A stretch of DNA of 48,444 nt, taken from contig JAZNHY010000039.1 in assembly GCA_045577235.1 (NCBI GenBank), positions 1 to 48,444 on the forward strand, in the 5' to 3' direction. Position 1 is the first letter of the stretch. Each line of letters begins with the position of its first letter. Source of the stretch: Lachnospiraceae bacterium (lineage in GTDB: Bacteria > Bacillota > Clostridia > Lachnospirales > Lachnospiraceae). The position numbers and the translations under genes were made by a program. Below are positions 26,629-36,084 of this stretch, piece by piece. The notes under the pieces are model-generated. The model worked only from the letters and a program-made list of their open reading frames with translations, did not search any database and had not been told where the DNA came from.

Positions 26629-27912
26629 TTATTCGTTCGTGAGCATCCGTTTCATGGAAACAATTATTTCTGCCAGGCTTCGCTTTGCCGGACAAATATA
26701 GGAGCATGAACCACATCCAATACATTCTACGCCATCGTTGTCCTGGAAAAAGTCTGTTCTGCCCAATGCCGCGTAATCGGCAAGCTTTGTAGGAATCAAA
26801 TTGCTTGGACAGACTTCCATGCATCTTCCGCAATGAATACAGTTTGTCTGATGTACACGAATAACGGGATCCGCCCGAAATGCCAGGACTGCATTGGTAT
26901 CTTTTGTAACCGGCCGGTCCAGATCCAGTATGGATTCTCCTGTCATCGGCCCTCCAATGATTACTTTTTCCGGAGGGGCTGAAAAACCTCCTGCTGCAGC
27001 TATTAATTCCTGGATATTGGTTCCGATATTGACTCTGAAATTACCCGGATTCTTAATGGCATCGCCAGCCACAGTTACCATACGGCTGATCAAAGGTCTT
27101 CCCTCTACCACTGCTTTCCAAATAGCATATATGGTCTCCACATTCAAAACCAGGATGCCGGCATCAGAAGGATTCATCTGGGAATTGAGTTTTCTTTTTG
27201 TCAGCGCATAGATCAGCTGCCGTTCCGCGCCCTGCGGATATTTGGTATAAAGCATCCGGGTACGGATTCTTGGTTCCTCTAACAGATAATTCTTTATTTT
27301 TATAACAGCTGATTTTTTGTCATCTTCGATCGCGATAATACCCATGGCATTATCAAATAATTGAAGAACGATCTTCAGACCCTCTACGATCTTATCCGGT
27401 TCTTCGATCAGTCTGCGGAAATTACAAGTCAGATACGGTTCACATTCACATCCATTAACGATGACATAACGGATCTTTTCCGGATCCTCCGGAGAAAGCT
27501 TGATATGTGTCGGATAGCCTTCTTCTCCGCCCATACCAACGACACCTGCTTCACGGATCAGATCAATGATCTCCTGAGGCTCCATCAGAGTGTAATGCCG
27601 TGTCAAAAGACGCGGTTCTTCATGCATTTCACCAGCGTTTTCAATCACGATCGTATCAAAATCTACGTATTTCACGATACCTGCAACGGAAGAATGCACA
27701 TTAGCAGAAACGTATCCGTCTGCCTTTGCGATCAATGTCCCGGCGCTGACCCATTCGCCGCCTTTTACGACCGGACGAGCATGCAGGCCATGATGAAAAA
27801 ACAGTGGAAAACTGACGTCTCCTCTGGTGTAGCAGTCTTTAGCAGGTTTATTTGCAGTTATTTTTTTGTTTCGCGGCGGATGCACACCTCCGCGGAAAGT
27901 CAGTACAGCCAT
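26629..27912 (-). CDS. rnfC: Rnf electron transport complex subunit C
   Basis: The 427-aa protein starts FRGGVHP. It has a GMGGEEGYPTHIKL (NADH/FMN-like) region and two 4Fe-4S motifs, CIHCGRCMEVCP and CIGCGSCSYICP. Confidence 0.9.
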   Translation of the reverse strand: MAVLTFRGGVHPPRNKKITANKPAKDCYTRGDVSFPLFFHHGLHARPVVKGGEWVSAGTLIAKADGYVSANVHSSVAGIVKYVDFDTIVIENAGEMHEEPRLLTRHYTLMEPQEIIDLIREAGVVGMGGEEGYPTHIKLSPEDPEKIRYVIVNGCECEPYLTCNFRRLIEEPDKIVEGLKIVLQLFDNAMGIIAIEDDKKSAVIKIKNYLLEEPRIRTRMLYTKYPQGAERQLIYALTKRKLNSQMNPSDAGILVLNVETIYAIWKAVVEGRPLISRMVTVAGDAIKNPGNFRVNIGTNIQELIAAAGGFSAPPEKVIIGGPMTGESILDLDRPVTKDTNAVLAFRADPVIRVHQTNCIHCGRCMEVCPSNLIPTKLADYAALGRTDFFQDNDGVECIGCGSCSYICPAKRSLAEIIVSMKRMLTNE

Positions 27913-27960
27913 GAATTGTTCCTAATATACCCATAAACAGGGTTCAAAACATACCAAGAG

Positions 27961-27989
27961 ATTATATCTTTAACTGTTGATGATATCAA
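27961..27989 (-). promoter_or_regulatory. Sigma-A type promoter for the rnf operon
   Basis: The reverse strand reads TTGATA (27989-27984, inside the 3' end of the upstream CDS), a 17-nt spacer, then TATAAT (27966-27961). It lies about 50 nt upstream of the rnfC ATG. Confidence 0.55.
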
Positions 27990-29034
27990 GTGCATATTCC
28001 TTTAGCAGTTCCTGATCTGCATCGGTAATCTGCATTAATTCAAAGTAAGATCTCTTTTTATCGCCTTCAACCGTATAAGCCGGTTGGAAAAACGGATGTG
28101 TCTGCGGGAGAAAACTACCTTCTTTTTTTAAGAAGCAGTTCTTTTTTGTAGCCTTCTTCCTGTACTGTTTGTCGACAAACTGAGCGACATCTTTATGGAC
28201 AACTTTATCTTCTGCCGGTAAATAGTAATAGTTTTCTACGTCTTCCAGCGGAAATCTGGCAGTTCCTTCAAACATCCTAATGCTGATCTGCAGCAAATGG
28301 CCATCCGCACAGACGATCAAATCCTGTTTCTGATCTGATCTTTCAAAAGGAACTGGCATCTCATTTTTTAAATGAAAGGTCAGTATGGCATAACCCGATG
28401 CGGTCTCCAGATGGTCAAACGTAAAAGCTCCATCCAGAATGGATAGGTACTTCAGGATTGCAGGAATCTCCAGCATCCCCTGAACATCTTCAAAATTATG
28501 CAGTAAAAGGAGTTCTTCTGCTTTTGGATCTCCGGTACGTTCAAATTCATAATAATACGGGATCAACAAACCACCATTTAACTGGTCTTCCCTGTCAATA
28601 TGCAGGAATTCTTCGATCGATTTCTGGCTCAGGCTTTTTCGGTCCAGCAATTTTCGCAGCGGTTTGGCATATTTATAGATGTCCACACTTTGAAACCGGG
28701 TAAAATCAAACCCTAACCCGTAAAATTCCTGTTTAAAATCCAAATATGGGATATCAAAACCATCCCCGTTAAAATGTACCAAGTAATGATAACCAGAGGC
28801 AAATTGAAAGAAGCTTTCCAGGATTTCTCTTTCATCCAGCGCACTTTCTGCCAGATACTGGCGTATCATCCAACTGTCGTTCTCGTAATATGCACAGCCG
28901 ATCAGATATGCCTGGGTTTTCGCTTTGCTCAAACCGGTTGTTTCTATGTCAAAAAGAAGCATGTCGCCTTTCGGCGCAATGCTTTCAATTTGAGGTTCTC
29001 CATGAAGTTTCGCCGGCGCTGTGATTATTTTCAT
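27970..29034 (-). CDS. RNase H-like (DEDDh 3'-5' exonuclease fold) domain protein, YprB-like
   Basis: Three motifs support the call: LLFDIETTGL (Exo I), HFNGDGFDIPYL (Exo II) and LLLHNFEDVQGM (Exo III, H-x4-D). The C-terminal ~150 aa have no recognisable motif. Confidence 0.65.
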   Translation of the reverse strand: MKIITAPAKLHGEPQIESIAPKGDMLLFDIETTGLSKAKTQAYLIGCAYYENDSWMIRQYLAESALDEREILESFFQFASGYHYLVHFNGDGFDIPYLDFKQEFYGLGFDFTRFQSVDIYKYAKPLRKLLDRKSLSQKSIEEFLHIDREDQLNGGLLIPYYYEFERTGDPKAEELLLLHNFEDVQGMLEIPAILKYLSILDGAFTFDHLETASGYAILTFHLKNEMPVPFERSDQKQDLIVCADGHLLQISIRMFEGTARFPLEDVENYYYLPAEDKVVHKDVAQFVDKQYRKKATKKNCFLKKEGSFLPQTHPFFQPAYTVEGDKKRSYFELMQITDADQELLKEYALDIINS

Positions 29035-30410
29035 AATTTCAGGAAATCAACAATCTTTGAAAAATTCATAGAATGAGAAGCCTTGACCAGAATATTATCA
29101 CCCCTTCGCAGAAGATCCGGCAGGAAACGAATGCAGTCATCTACATTAATAAAATGACGCACTTCATTGTCTGTGCTTAATTTAGCACCAAGCTGCATCT
29201 TCTCACTGATCGGGCCTACACAAATGATCAGATCGATCCCTGCTTCTGCCACATATTTACCAACCTGATAATGGTATTTTTCTGTATCTTCCCCTAATTC
29301 CAGCATGTCGCCTAAAATAGCGACTTTTCTTCCATCTGTCAGTTTTAATACATCCACAGCGGATTCAACAGATGCCGGCGATGCATTATAGCAGTCATCC
29401 AGGATGGTGTACCGGTCAGTTTTGACAATATTATTTCTGCCTGCCAAACCGGTGGAAAGATGTTCTAATGCTTCCTTGATCTGAATTGGAGAAAGATCCA
29501 TGTTTACTGCCACCAGATACGCTGCCAGTGCGTTATAGATCATCTGTTTTCCAGGAACCGGTAGATTGATCCGCATAGAAAGCTTTCCACCATGATCACG
29601 CATCACGATATCAAAAGAACTTCCTTTGATCCCATGGAGCACTACATTTTCTGCACAAACATCATTTTGTGAACCAAGACCAAATAACTGCGGTCGGATT
29701 CCCTTAACACTTTTGATCAGAGATAACTTATCATCATCTCCATTCAAGATCACTTTTCCATCGTCAGAAAGATAATGGAATACCTCTGCTTTTGCTTTCA
29801 GAATGCCATCCCGGCTTCCCAGAAACTCCAGATGACTTTGCCCGATATTCGTCATAACAACGATATCCGGCTGTACCATCTTTGCCAGACGGTCCATTTC
29901 GCCAAAATGATTAATACCCATTTCAATGACTGCGACATCTGTTCCTTCTTTGATCCGGAAAATCGTAAATGGAACACCCCATTCATTATTCAGATTCCCC
30001 TGTGTTTTATGAACACGGTAGCGTCTGCTTAATACTTCTGCGATGAACTCTTTGGTGCTGGTTTTACCAACACTGCCTGTCACACCGATAAAAACAACAT
30101 CCAGCTGTTCCCTGTAATACTGGGCGATCGCTTTTGTTGCCTCAAATGTGGAATCCACCAAAAGATAAGGGCCTTCAAAGTCAGGCAGTTCTTTTTCGGA
30201 TACAACGGCCAAAGCGCCATTTTCGATCACAGTCTGTGCGAAATCATGGCCGTCTGCTTTTGCTCCTTTGATGCAGATAAAAAGGCAGTCATCCCGAACT
30301 TTTCTGCTGTCTGAAACGATGGCGCTGATTTCTACATCCATCACACCAGCGGCATGGAAAAGACGTCCCATCGTTACTTTTTGTAATTGTCTTAATGTAA
30401 CATTCTTCAT
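29031..30410 (-). CDS. murF: UDP-N-acetylmuramoyl-tripeptide--D-alanyl-D-alanine ligase
   Basis: The 459-aa protein has GVTGSVGKTSTKE (P-loop) and a DDCYNASP motif. It is adjacent to ddl. Confidence 0.9.
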   Translation of the reverse strand: MKNVTLRQLQKVTMGRLFHAAGVMDVEISAIVSDSRKVRDDCLFICIKGAKADGHDFAQTVIENGALAVVSEKELPDFEGPYLLVDSTFEATKAIAQYYREQLDVVFIGVTGSVGKTSTKEFIAEVLSRRYRVHKTQGNLNNEWGVPFTIFRIKEGTDVAVIEMGINHFGEMDRLAKMVQPDIVVMTNIGQSHLEFLGSRDGILKAKAEVFHYLSDDGKVILNGDDDKLSLIKSVKGIRPQLFGLGSQNDVCAENVVLHGIKGSSFDIVMRDHGGKLSMRINLPVPGKQMIYNALAAYLVAVNMDLSPIQIKEALEHLSTGLAGRNNIVKTDRYTILDDCYNASPASVESAVDVLKLTDGRKVAILGDMLELGEDTEKYHYQVGKYVAEAGIDLIICVGPISEKMQLGAKLSTDNEVRHFINVDDCIRFLPDLLRRGDNILVKASHSMNFSKIVDFLKL

Positions 30411-31417
30411 TATTGATACTTCCTGAGTGATACTTCTATAATCTTTTCACAAAGTGTTGGATAATCCATTCCGACAGCCTCTGCTTCCTGTGGTACCAGG
30501 GATGTATCTGTCATTCCAGGCAAAGAATTTGCTTCCAATGCATAAAGCAAACCGTTTTTATCCAACAGATAATCGATACGGTAATAAACATCCAGTCCGA
30601 GCAATTCTCCAAACCGGACTGATTTTTCGGACATCTCCTCCAGAACACTTTCCGGGATCTCCGCCGGACAGACTTCCTTGGTCTTTCCATTGTATTTATT
30701 GGAATAATCGTACCATTCATCTTCATCCGGACAGATCTCTACCGGAGGAAGGGCTTTTCCATCAAATACAGCCTGTGTCAGTTCACGTCCATCAATAAAC
30801 TCCTCTACGATCACGGTGTCATCGTATTCAAAGGCGGTTTCCAGATTCTTTTGGAAATCATCTCCTTCTTTTACGATCATAACACCTACGCTGGATCCAC
30901 CATTGCTTGGTTTAATGATACAAGGAGGCTTAATAGACGATTCCTGTTCGCCCTTATGAAGTGCGATTCCTTTCGGCATACGAATATGTTCAGCAACGAC
31001 CTCCTTGGTCTTTTCCTTACTCATCGCCAATGCACTGGAGACAGAATCGGAACCGGTAAATTTGATTCCCTCTTTCTCAAAGAAGGCCTGCACCTTTCCA
31101 TCTTCGCCGTTCGCACCATGCAGTCCGATAAAGACAATATCTGCCTCTTTGCAGATTTCAACGACGTTTGGTCCAAACAAGCCGGTCTTGGCGATCAATT
31201 CCGGTGTGATCAGGTCATTTTTGCTTCTGTATTCATCAGCTTTTGCCGTAAAATCCATCGGAAGATAAAAAGACGGGAGCTTTTCTTCTCCGAAAAACAC
31301 GTCGATCATTACAACCTGATGTCCTCTAAGTGCCAGCGCAGCTGAAACCTTTGTAGAAGTACGAAGTGATACTTCCCTTTCCGTACTGATTCCGCCGCAA
31401 AGAACGACTATCTTCAT
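30410..31417 (-). CDS. ddl: D-alanine--D-alanine ligase
   Basis: The 335-aa ATP-grasp protein has GGISTEREVSL, HGANGEDG and EANSLPGMT motifs. Confidence 0.9.
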   Translation of the reverse strand: MKIVVLCGGISTEREVSLRTSTKVSAALALRGHQVVMIDVFFGEEKLPSFYLPMDFTAKADEYRSKNDLITPELIAKTGLFGPNVVEICKEADIVFIGLHGANGEDGKVQAFFEKEGIKFTGSDSVSSALAMSKEKTKEVVAEHIRMPKGIALHKGEQESSIKPPCIIKPSNGGSSVGVMIVKEGDDFQKNLETAFEYDDTVIVEEFIDGRELTQAVFDGKALPPVEICPDEDEWYDYSNKYNGKTKEVCPAEIPESVLEEMSEKSVRFGELLGLDVYYRIDYLLDKNGLLYALEANSLPGMTDTSLVPQEAEAVGMDYPTLCEKIIEVSLRKYQ

Positions 31418-31449
31418 ATTCAGCCCATCCTTCTATAATAATTAGTTAG

Positions 31450-31458
31450 ATTTTAGCA
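31450..31458 (-). promoter_or_regulatory. Candidate extended -10 promoter for ddl-murF
   Basis: The reverse strand reads TGcTAAAAT about 33 nt upstream of the ddl ATG. I found no convincing -35. Confidence 0.35.
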
Positions 31459-31462
31459 CAAT

Positions 31463-33508
31463 TTATAAAAGTATGCCACCTTTCGCTTGGGCACATTTCT
31501 CGTCTAGGACTTGCATTTCTCTTTCATTTGGAACGATTTCTCCAGAAAGAAGAAGATTCACCGCTTCCAGGGCTTTTTGTGCGACATCGGCATCCCGATA
31601 CAGGTCAAAATTCTTAAAAGAAAGCGCACCGCTCTGTCTGATTCCCATAAACTCTCCAGGACCACGGATAGAAAGATCTTTTGATGCGATCTCAAACCCA
31701 TCATTTGAGGTTTTTAAGATATTCAAACGATCCATTGCTTCTTTGGACGCATTATTTGAAACAAAAATACAGTAACTCTGATCACTGCCACGGCCGACAC
31801 GACCTCTCAGCTGATGCAAAGCAGCCAGTCCGAACCGATTGGCGTCTTCAATGACCATAACCGTCGCATTCGGAACATCCACACCAACCTCAACGACTGT
31901 CGTAGAAACCAGGATATGAATCTCCCCATCCGAAAAACGCTGCATGATCTCATTCTTTTTTGCGGCAGGCATCTGCCCGTGAAGCATTCCGATCGATATT
32001 TGTTCATCCATGATATCGCGAAGCATTTCGGAATAATCTGTCACATTAGACGCTTCCATCCCTTCTGAATACTCCACCAGCGGACAAATGATGTAGGCCT
32101 GGTGGCCATTTTTTACTTCCTTTTCCAGAAATCGGTATATATTATCGCGATAGGAAATATCGACGACTGCATTTTTGATCGGTTTTCTTTTTGCTGGAAG
32201 TTCATTGATGACGGACACATCCATATCACCATATAGGATCAGCGCAAGGGTTCGTGGAATTGGTGTCGCACTCATAACGATCATATGAGGTTCACTTCCT
32301 TTTTTGGCCAGCGCTTCTCTTTGCTTGATCCCAAAACGATGCTGTTCATCTGTGATCACAAGGCCAAGCGTGCGGTAATTCACTTTTTCCTGAAACAGTG
32401 CATGTGTTCCGATCAAAATATCGATCCGGCCGTCTTCTAAAGCATCATAAACTACTTTTTTCTCCAGATTTGTCATGGACCCAGTTAAGAGAGCGGCATG
32501 AAGATCAATCCCATACTCTTTAAAAAGATGTGTGATAGTCTCATAGTGCTGCTTGGCCAGGACCTCTGTCGGAGCCATAAACGCACTTTGATAACCGGCA
32601 TAAGCTGCATTCATTAAAGCACACACAGCTACGATCGTTTTCCCAGAACCTACATCGCCCTGGATCAGACGGCTCATGACTTTACCGGAGTCCATATCAG
32701 CAGTGATCTCACTGATCACCTTATTCTGCGCATTGGTCAGATCATATGGAAGACTGTCCAGAAACCCCCGTGTCCGGTCATCAAATGGAATTCGAATATG
32801 ACTATCTGCATGAAAGCCGGACTCGTTCCGCTTCATGGCAAGAATGAAAAGAAAGATCTCTTCAAAAGACATTCGTACCGCAGCACGTGAAAAAGCTCCG
32901 TCATCCATTGGAAAATGCAGATTTCTAACAGCTTCGCTCTTTGAGCAAAGTCCGTATCGTTCCCGGATCTTTCCAGGGATCAGATCATTTTTATCGATCT
33001 GTAAATAGACATCTGTTGCAAATGCATTTTTAACGGCCTTTGTAATAGCAGCATTGGACAGACCTTTTGTCAGCGGATAGATAGGCTGCATCTGGCCCAT
33101 GAGAGCCATATATTCGTCAGGCGTGTATATTTTAGGCTGATCTATCTGCAGGATGCCGTGTTTTCGGCTGATCCTTCCACGCAAAATGGTTAGCTCACCA
33201 GGGTGGATTGCATCCTTCATAAACGGAGCATTAAAATAACAGACTCTGATGCTTCCCCCGACCTCATCCTTAAACTGGGCCGTTGTAAGAGTCATTTTTT
33301 TGATCCGTCTTTGAAAAACACTTTGGGTGAATACGCCGCGAATTGTGGCAAACGTCCGGTATCCGATTTCGCCGATCGTAACCGGAGGGAAAAAGACCTC
33401 ATAATCACGAGGGAAGAACTCCAAGAGTTCTTCCACCGTACTGCAGCCGAGTTTATGAAACAGTTCGGCTGTCTTTTCGCCTATTCCTTTTAAAGATGTC
33501 AGTTCCAT
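31463..33508 (-). CDS. recG: ATP-dependent DNA helicase RecG
   Basis: The 681-aa protein has Walker A GDVGSGKT, DEQHRFG and QLRGRVGRG, plus an N-terminal wedge/OB region. Confidence 0.95.
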   Translation of the reverse strand: MELTSLKGIGEKTAELFHKLGCSTVEELLEFFPRDYEVFFPPVTIGEIGYRTFATIRGVFTQSVFQRRIKKMTLTTAQFKDEVGGSIRVCYFNAPFMKDAIHPGELTILRGRISRKHGILQIDQPKIYTPDEYMALMGQMQPIYPLTKGLSNAAITKAVKNAFATDVYLQIDKNDLIPGKIRERYGLCSKSEAVRNLHFPMDDGAFSRAAVRMSFEEIFLFILAMKRNESGFHADSHIRIPFDDRTRGFLDSLPYDLTNAQNKVISEITADMDSGKVMSRLIQGDVGSGKTIVAVCALMNAAYAGYQSAFMAPTEVLAKQHYETITHLFKEYGIDLHAALLTGSMTNLEKKVVYDALEDGRIDILIGTHALFQEKVNYRTLGLVITDEQHRFGIKQREALAKKGSEPHMIVMSATPIPRTLALILYGDMDVSVINELPAKRKPIKNAVVDISYRDNIYRFLEKEVKNGHQAYIICPLVEYSEGMEASNVTDYSEMLRDIMDEQISIGMLHGQMPAAKKNEIMQRFSDGEIHILVSTTVVEVGVDVPNATVMVIEDANRFGLAALHQLRGRVGRGSDQSYCIFVSNNASKEAMDRLNILKTSNDGFEIASKDLSIRGPGEFMGIRQSGALSFKNFDLYRDADVAQKALEAVNLLLSGEIVPNEREMQVLDEKCAQAKGGILL

Positions 33509-33519
33509 TTGAGGAGTAT

Positions 33520-35232
33520 TTACTCTGCTGAAATAATATAATAATAAACAGGCTGTCCTCCGTAAACGACTTCGATGTCAATATCTGCAAATGCATCATC
33601 TTCCTCAAGAAGATCTGCAATTTCTGTCGCTTCATCTTCAGAGGCATCTGCTCCGTAATAGATCGTCAGGAGTTCGGAATCCTCATCAACCATCGCTTTG
33701 ATGGCATTGATCGCTGTCTGCACACGTTCTGTTCCCACAGCCAGCATATGTCCGTCTCCGATTCCCATATAATCACCGGTATGAACCTGTTTTCCGTCAA
33801 TCTCTGTATCGCGGATCGCATATGTGATCTCACAGGTTCTGATCTCTTTCGCTGCTTCTGTCATCTCATGCGTATTATCTTCAATGGATAAAGCAGGGAC
33901 GTAATTGATAACGGCTGAGATACCCTGAGTAACCGTTTTGGTCGGAATGACGATCACTTTCTTGTCCTGTACCAAATAGCTGGCCTGATTAGCAGCCATA
34001 ATGATATTACCGTTATTTGGAAGCACAAAGACATTCTCTGCATTGACTTTATTAACAGCTTCAACGATATCTTCCGTACTTGGATTCATCGTCTGACCAC
34101 CTTCGATCACCTCATCAACACTCATTCCTTTGAAGATCTTTGCAATGCCGTCGCCAGCACAAACTGCAACAAATCCCCATTCCTTCTTAGGAACAGAAAG
34201 GAACTCAGCTGTTGCATTTTCACTTGCTGCCATTGCCATCTCAGATTCCTTGATGACTTTCTGATTATGCTCTTCACGCATATTGTCAATTTTCAGACTG
34301 GAAAGAGATCCATAGGTCAGGGCTTTCTCAATGATCTCTCCCGGATGATTGGAATGAACATGCACTTTCACCAGATCATCCATATTGACACAGACAATGG
34401 AATCACCAATAGAAGAAAGGAAAGATTTAAACTCATACTCTTCTCTTTCATCAAAATCTTTTTCCAGATTAATGATAAATTCCGTGCAGTAGCCGAATTT
34501 AATATCTGATGTTTCAATATTGGTCGTATCGATCCGTTTCCTTGGGGCTTCTTCAATGGCAGTATGCTCTTCTGCATCCGGAGTAATGATATCTTCCCAT
34601 TCCGTCACATCATTTACATAAGCTTCATAAGCCCCCTTCAGAAACTCAACCAGTCCCTGGCCGCCGGAATCCACCACACCAGCTTCTTTTAAAACAGGAA
34701 GCATATCCGGTGTTTTCCCCAATATATATTCAGCATAACGGTTAATGGACTGGAAAAACTGCTGAAGCGTAATATCTTCTTTTGCAAGTTCTTTTGCCTT
34801 AGCACTGGCGGCTTTAGCGACTGTAAGGATCGTACCTTCTTTTGGCTGCATAACCGCCTTATAAGCAGTAGCAACAGCTCGTTCAAAGGATGCTGCCAGT
34901 AATTCTTTATCAATGTTCTTCACCGGCGTGCTTTCAATTTCTTTTGAAAAGCCCCGGCACAACTGAGACAAGATGACACCTGAATTACCACGTGCTCCAC
35001 GCAGAGTCCCGCTTGCGATCGTTTTAACGATTGCAGCGATGGAAGTATCTTTTGGCAGTTTTTTCAGGTCAGTGACTGCATTCTTAACTGTTAAAGTCAT
35101 ATTCGTTCCGGTATCCCCATCCGGGACCGGAAAGACATTCAGTTCATTGATCCAGTCTTTCTTTGACTCCAGATTTTTAGCTCCTGCCAGGAACATGATC
35201 CTTAATGTTCCGGCATCAATATATTCCAACAC
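33520..35232 (-). CDS. yloV: DAK2 domain-containing protein (YloV-like)
   Basis: The 570-aa protein has an N-terminal Dak2 region (LNVFPVPDGDTGTNM). It lies between the Asp23-like gene and recG, as in the B. subtilis yloU-yloV-recG arrangement. Confidence 0.85.
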   Translation of the reverse strand: MLEYIDAGTLRIMFLAGAKNLESKKDWINELNVFPVPDGDTGTNMTLTVKNAVTDLKKLPKDTSIAAIVKTIASGTLRGARGNSGVILSQLCRGFSKEIESTPVKNIDKELLAASFERAVATAYKAVMQPKEGTILTVAKAASAKAKELAKEDITLQQFFQSINRYAEYILGKTPDMLPVLKEAGVVDSGGQGLVEFLKGAYEAYVNDVTEWEDIITPDAEEHTAIEEAPRKRIDTTNIETSDIKFGYCTEFIINLEKDFDEREEYEFKSFLSSIGDSIVCVNMDDLVKVHVHSNHPGEIIEKALTYGSLSSLKIDNMREEHNQKVIKESEMAMAASENATAEFLSVPKKEWGFVAVCAGDGIAKIFKGMSVDEVIEGGQTMNPSTEDIVEAVNKVNAENVFVLPNNGNIIMAANQASYLVQDKKVIVIPTKTVTQGISAVINYVPALSIEDNTHEMTEAAKEIRTCEITYAIRDTEIDGKQVHTGDYMGIGDGHMLAVGTERVQTAINAIKAMVDEDSELLTIYYGADASEDEATEIADLLEEDDAFADIDIEVVYGGQPVYYYIISAE

Positions 35233-35246
35233 GTATCAAATCCTCC

Positions 35247-35603
35247 TTAGTCGATCACCCTGACACCTTCAACAAGGATGTTTATTTTTTTCACTTTAAA
35301 CCCGGTTGCGCTTTCCACCTGATAAGTGACTGCATCCACCAGATTATCCGAAATTGTCTTAATGGAAACTCCATATGCAACGATCACATGAAAATCAATA
35401 ACGATCTCATTTTGCTCGATCGTGACCTGGATTCCCTTTGTCAGGCTGTTTCTCGTCAGAAGTTTTACAATACCATCACGCTTGCTTAAAGCTGCCATAC
35501 CGACAATACCAAAGCAGCCAATTGCTCTTAAACCTGCCATTTTGGCAATGACTGACGTATCAATAATGATCTTCCCGTAGTCCGTGGTATATATACCTTT
35601 CAT
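35247..35603 (-). CDS. yloU: Asp23/Gls24 family protein (YloU-like)
   Basis: The 118-aa protein has the Asp23 signature I..S VIAKMAGLRAIGCFGIVGM. It is divergent from rpmB. Confidence 0.85.
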   Translation of the reverse strand: MKGIYTTDYGKIIIDTSVIAKMAGLRAIGCFGIVGMAALSKRDGIVKLLTRNSLTKGIQVTIEQNEIVIDFHVIVAYGVSIKTISDNLVDAVTYQVESATGFKVKKINILVEGVRVID

Positions 35604-35711
35604 TTAAGCCCTCCATTCAAAATTAACCACACAAAAAACAACACATAAAATGTGTGGAAACGTATTAGAATTATAAACTACTTTAATTAAAATGGAAACA
35701 GAAAATTTCGC

Positions 35712-35740
35712 TTGCATTCAATATCATTATTTGTTAATAT
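35712..35740 (+). promoter_or_regulatory. Sigma-A type promoter for rpmB
   Basis: TTGCAT (35712-35717), a 17-nt spacer, then TAATAT (35735-35740). Confidence 0.55.
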
Positions 35741-35788
35741 ATTGAGCGTGCTGTAAAGCACTACATCGCAAGAAGGAGGTGCAATGAA

Positions 35789-35974
35789 ATGGCAAAATGT
35801 GATATCTGTGGAAAAGGCGTTCATTTTGGAATTCAGGTCAGCCACTCACATAGAAGATCCAACAAGATGTGGAAATCGAACATTAAGTCTGTAAAAGTTA
35901 AAACTGCCGGCGGCGCGAAGACAATGCATGTTTGTACTTCCTGCCTGAGATCAGGGAAAGTTGAAAGAGCTTAA
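35789..35974 (+). CDS. rpmB: 50S ribosomal protein L28
   Basis: The 61-aa protein reads MAKCDICGKG..FG..VSHSHRRSNK.W.SNI. It has a GGAGG RBS. Confidence 0.95.
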   Translation: MAKCDICGKGVHFGIQVSHSHRRSNKMWKSNIKSVKVKTAGGAKTMHVCTSCLRSGKVERA

Positions 35975-35986
35975 TTGAAATCCATT

Positions 35987-36016
35987 GAGAACCGAATGAT
36001 CGGTTCTCTTTTTTTT
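35987..36016 (+). terminator. Intrinsic terminator after rpmB
   Basis: GAGAACCGA-ATGA-TCGGTTCTC is a 9-bp stem followed by TTTTTTTT. Confidence 0.85.
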
Positions 36017-36022
36017 ACCTTT

Positions 36023-36045
36023 TTGCATTAAATCTATTGTATAAT
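36023..36045 (+). promoter_or_regulatory. Candidate fba promoter (TATAAT with upstream TG; non-canonical -35 spacing)
   Basis: TATAAT lies at 36040-36045 and is preceded by TG. TTGCAT at 36023-36028 is only 11 nt upstream, so the -35 assignment is doubtful. Confidence 0.35.
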
Positions 36046-36084
36046 AAGAAAAAATCAAACCTGTTTTGTTAAGGAGGGATCATT

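Noticed and set aside
24766-26833. Same-strand nested ORFs lie within the rnf genes (24766-25080, 25381-25566, 25765-25995, 26092-26319 and 26615-26833).
   Set aside because: They are alternative frames of polytopic Rnf subunit genes, with no independent RBS or motif. None has Fe-S motifs that could represent the missing RnfB.
27970-29034. I considered whether the YprB-like RNase H-fold exonuclease, or YraN at 44869-45234, marks a defence island.
   Set aside because: Both are widely conserved housekeeping-context genes. They are flanked here by cell-wall, Rnf and ribosomal genes. No partner ATPase, helicase, methyltransferase, sensor or mobile-element genes are nearby.
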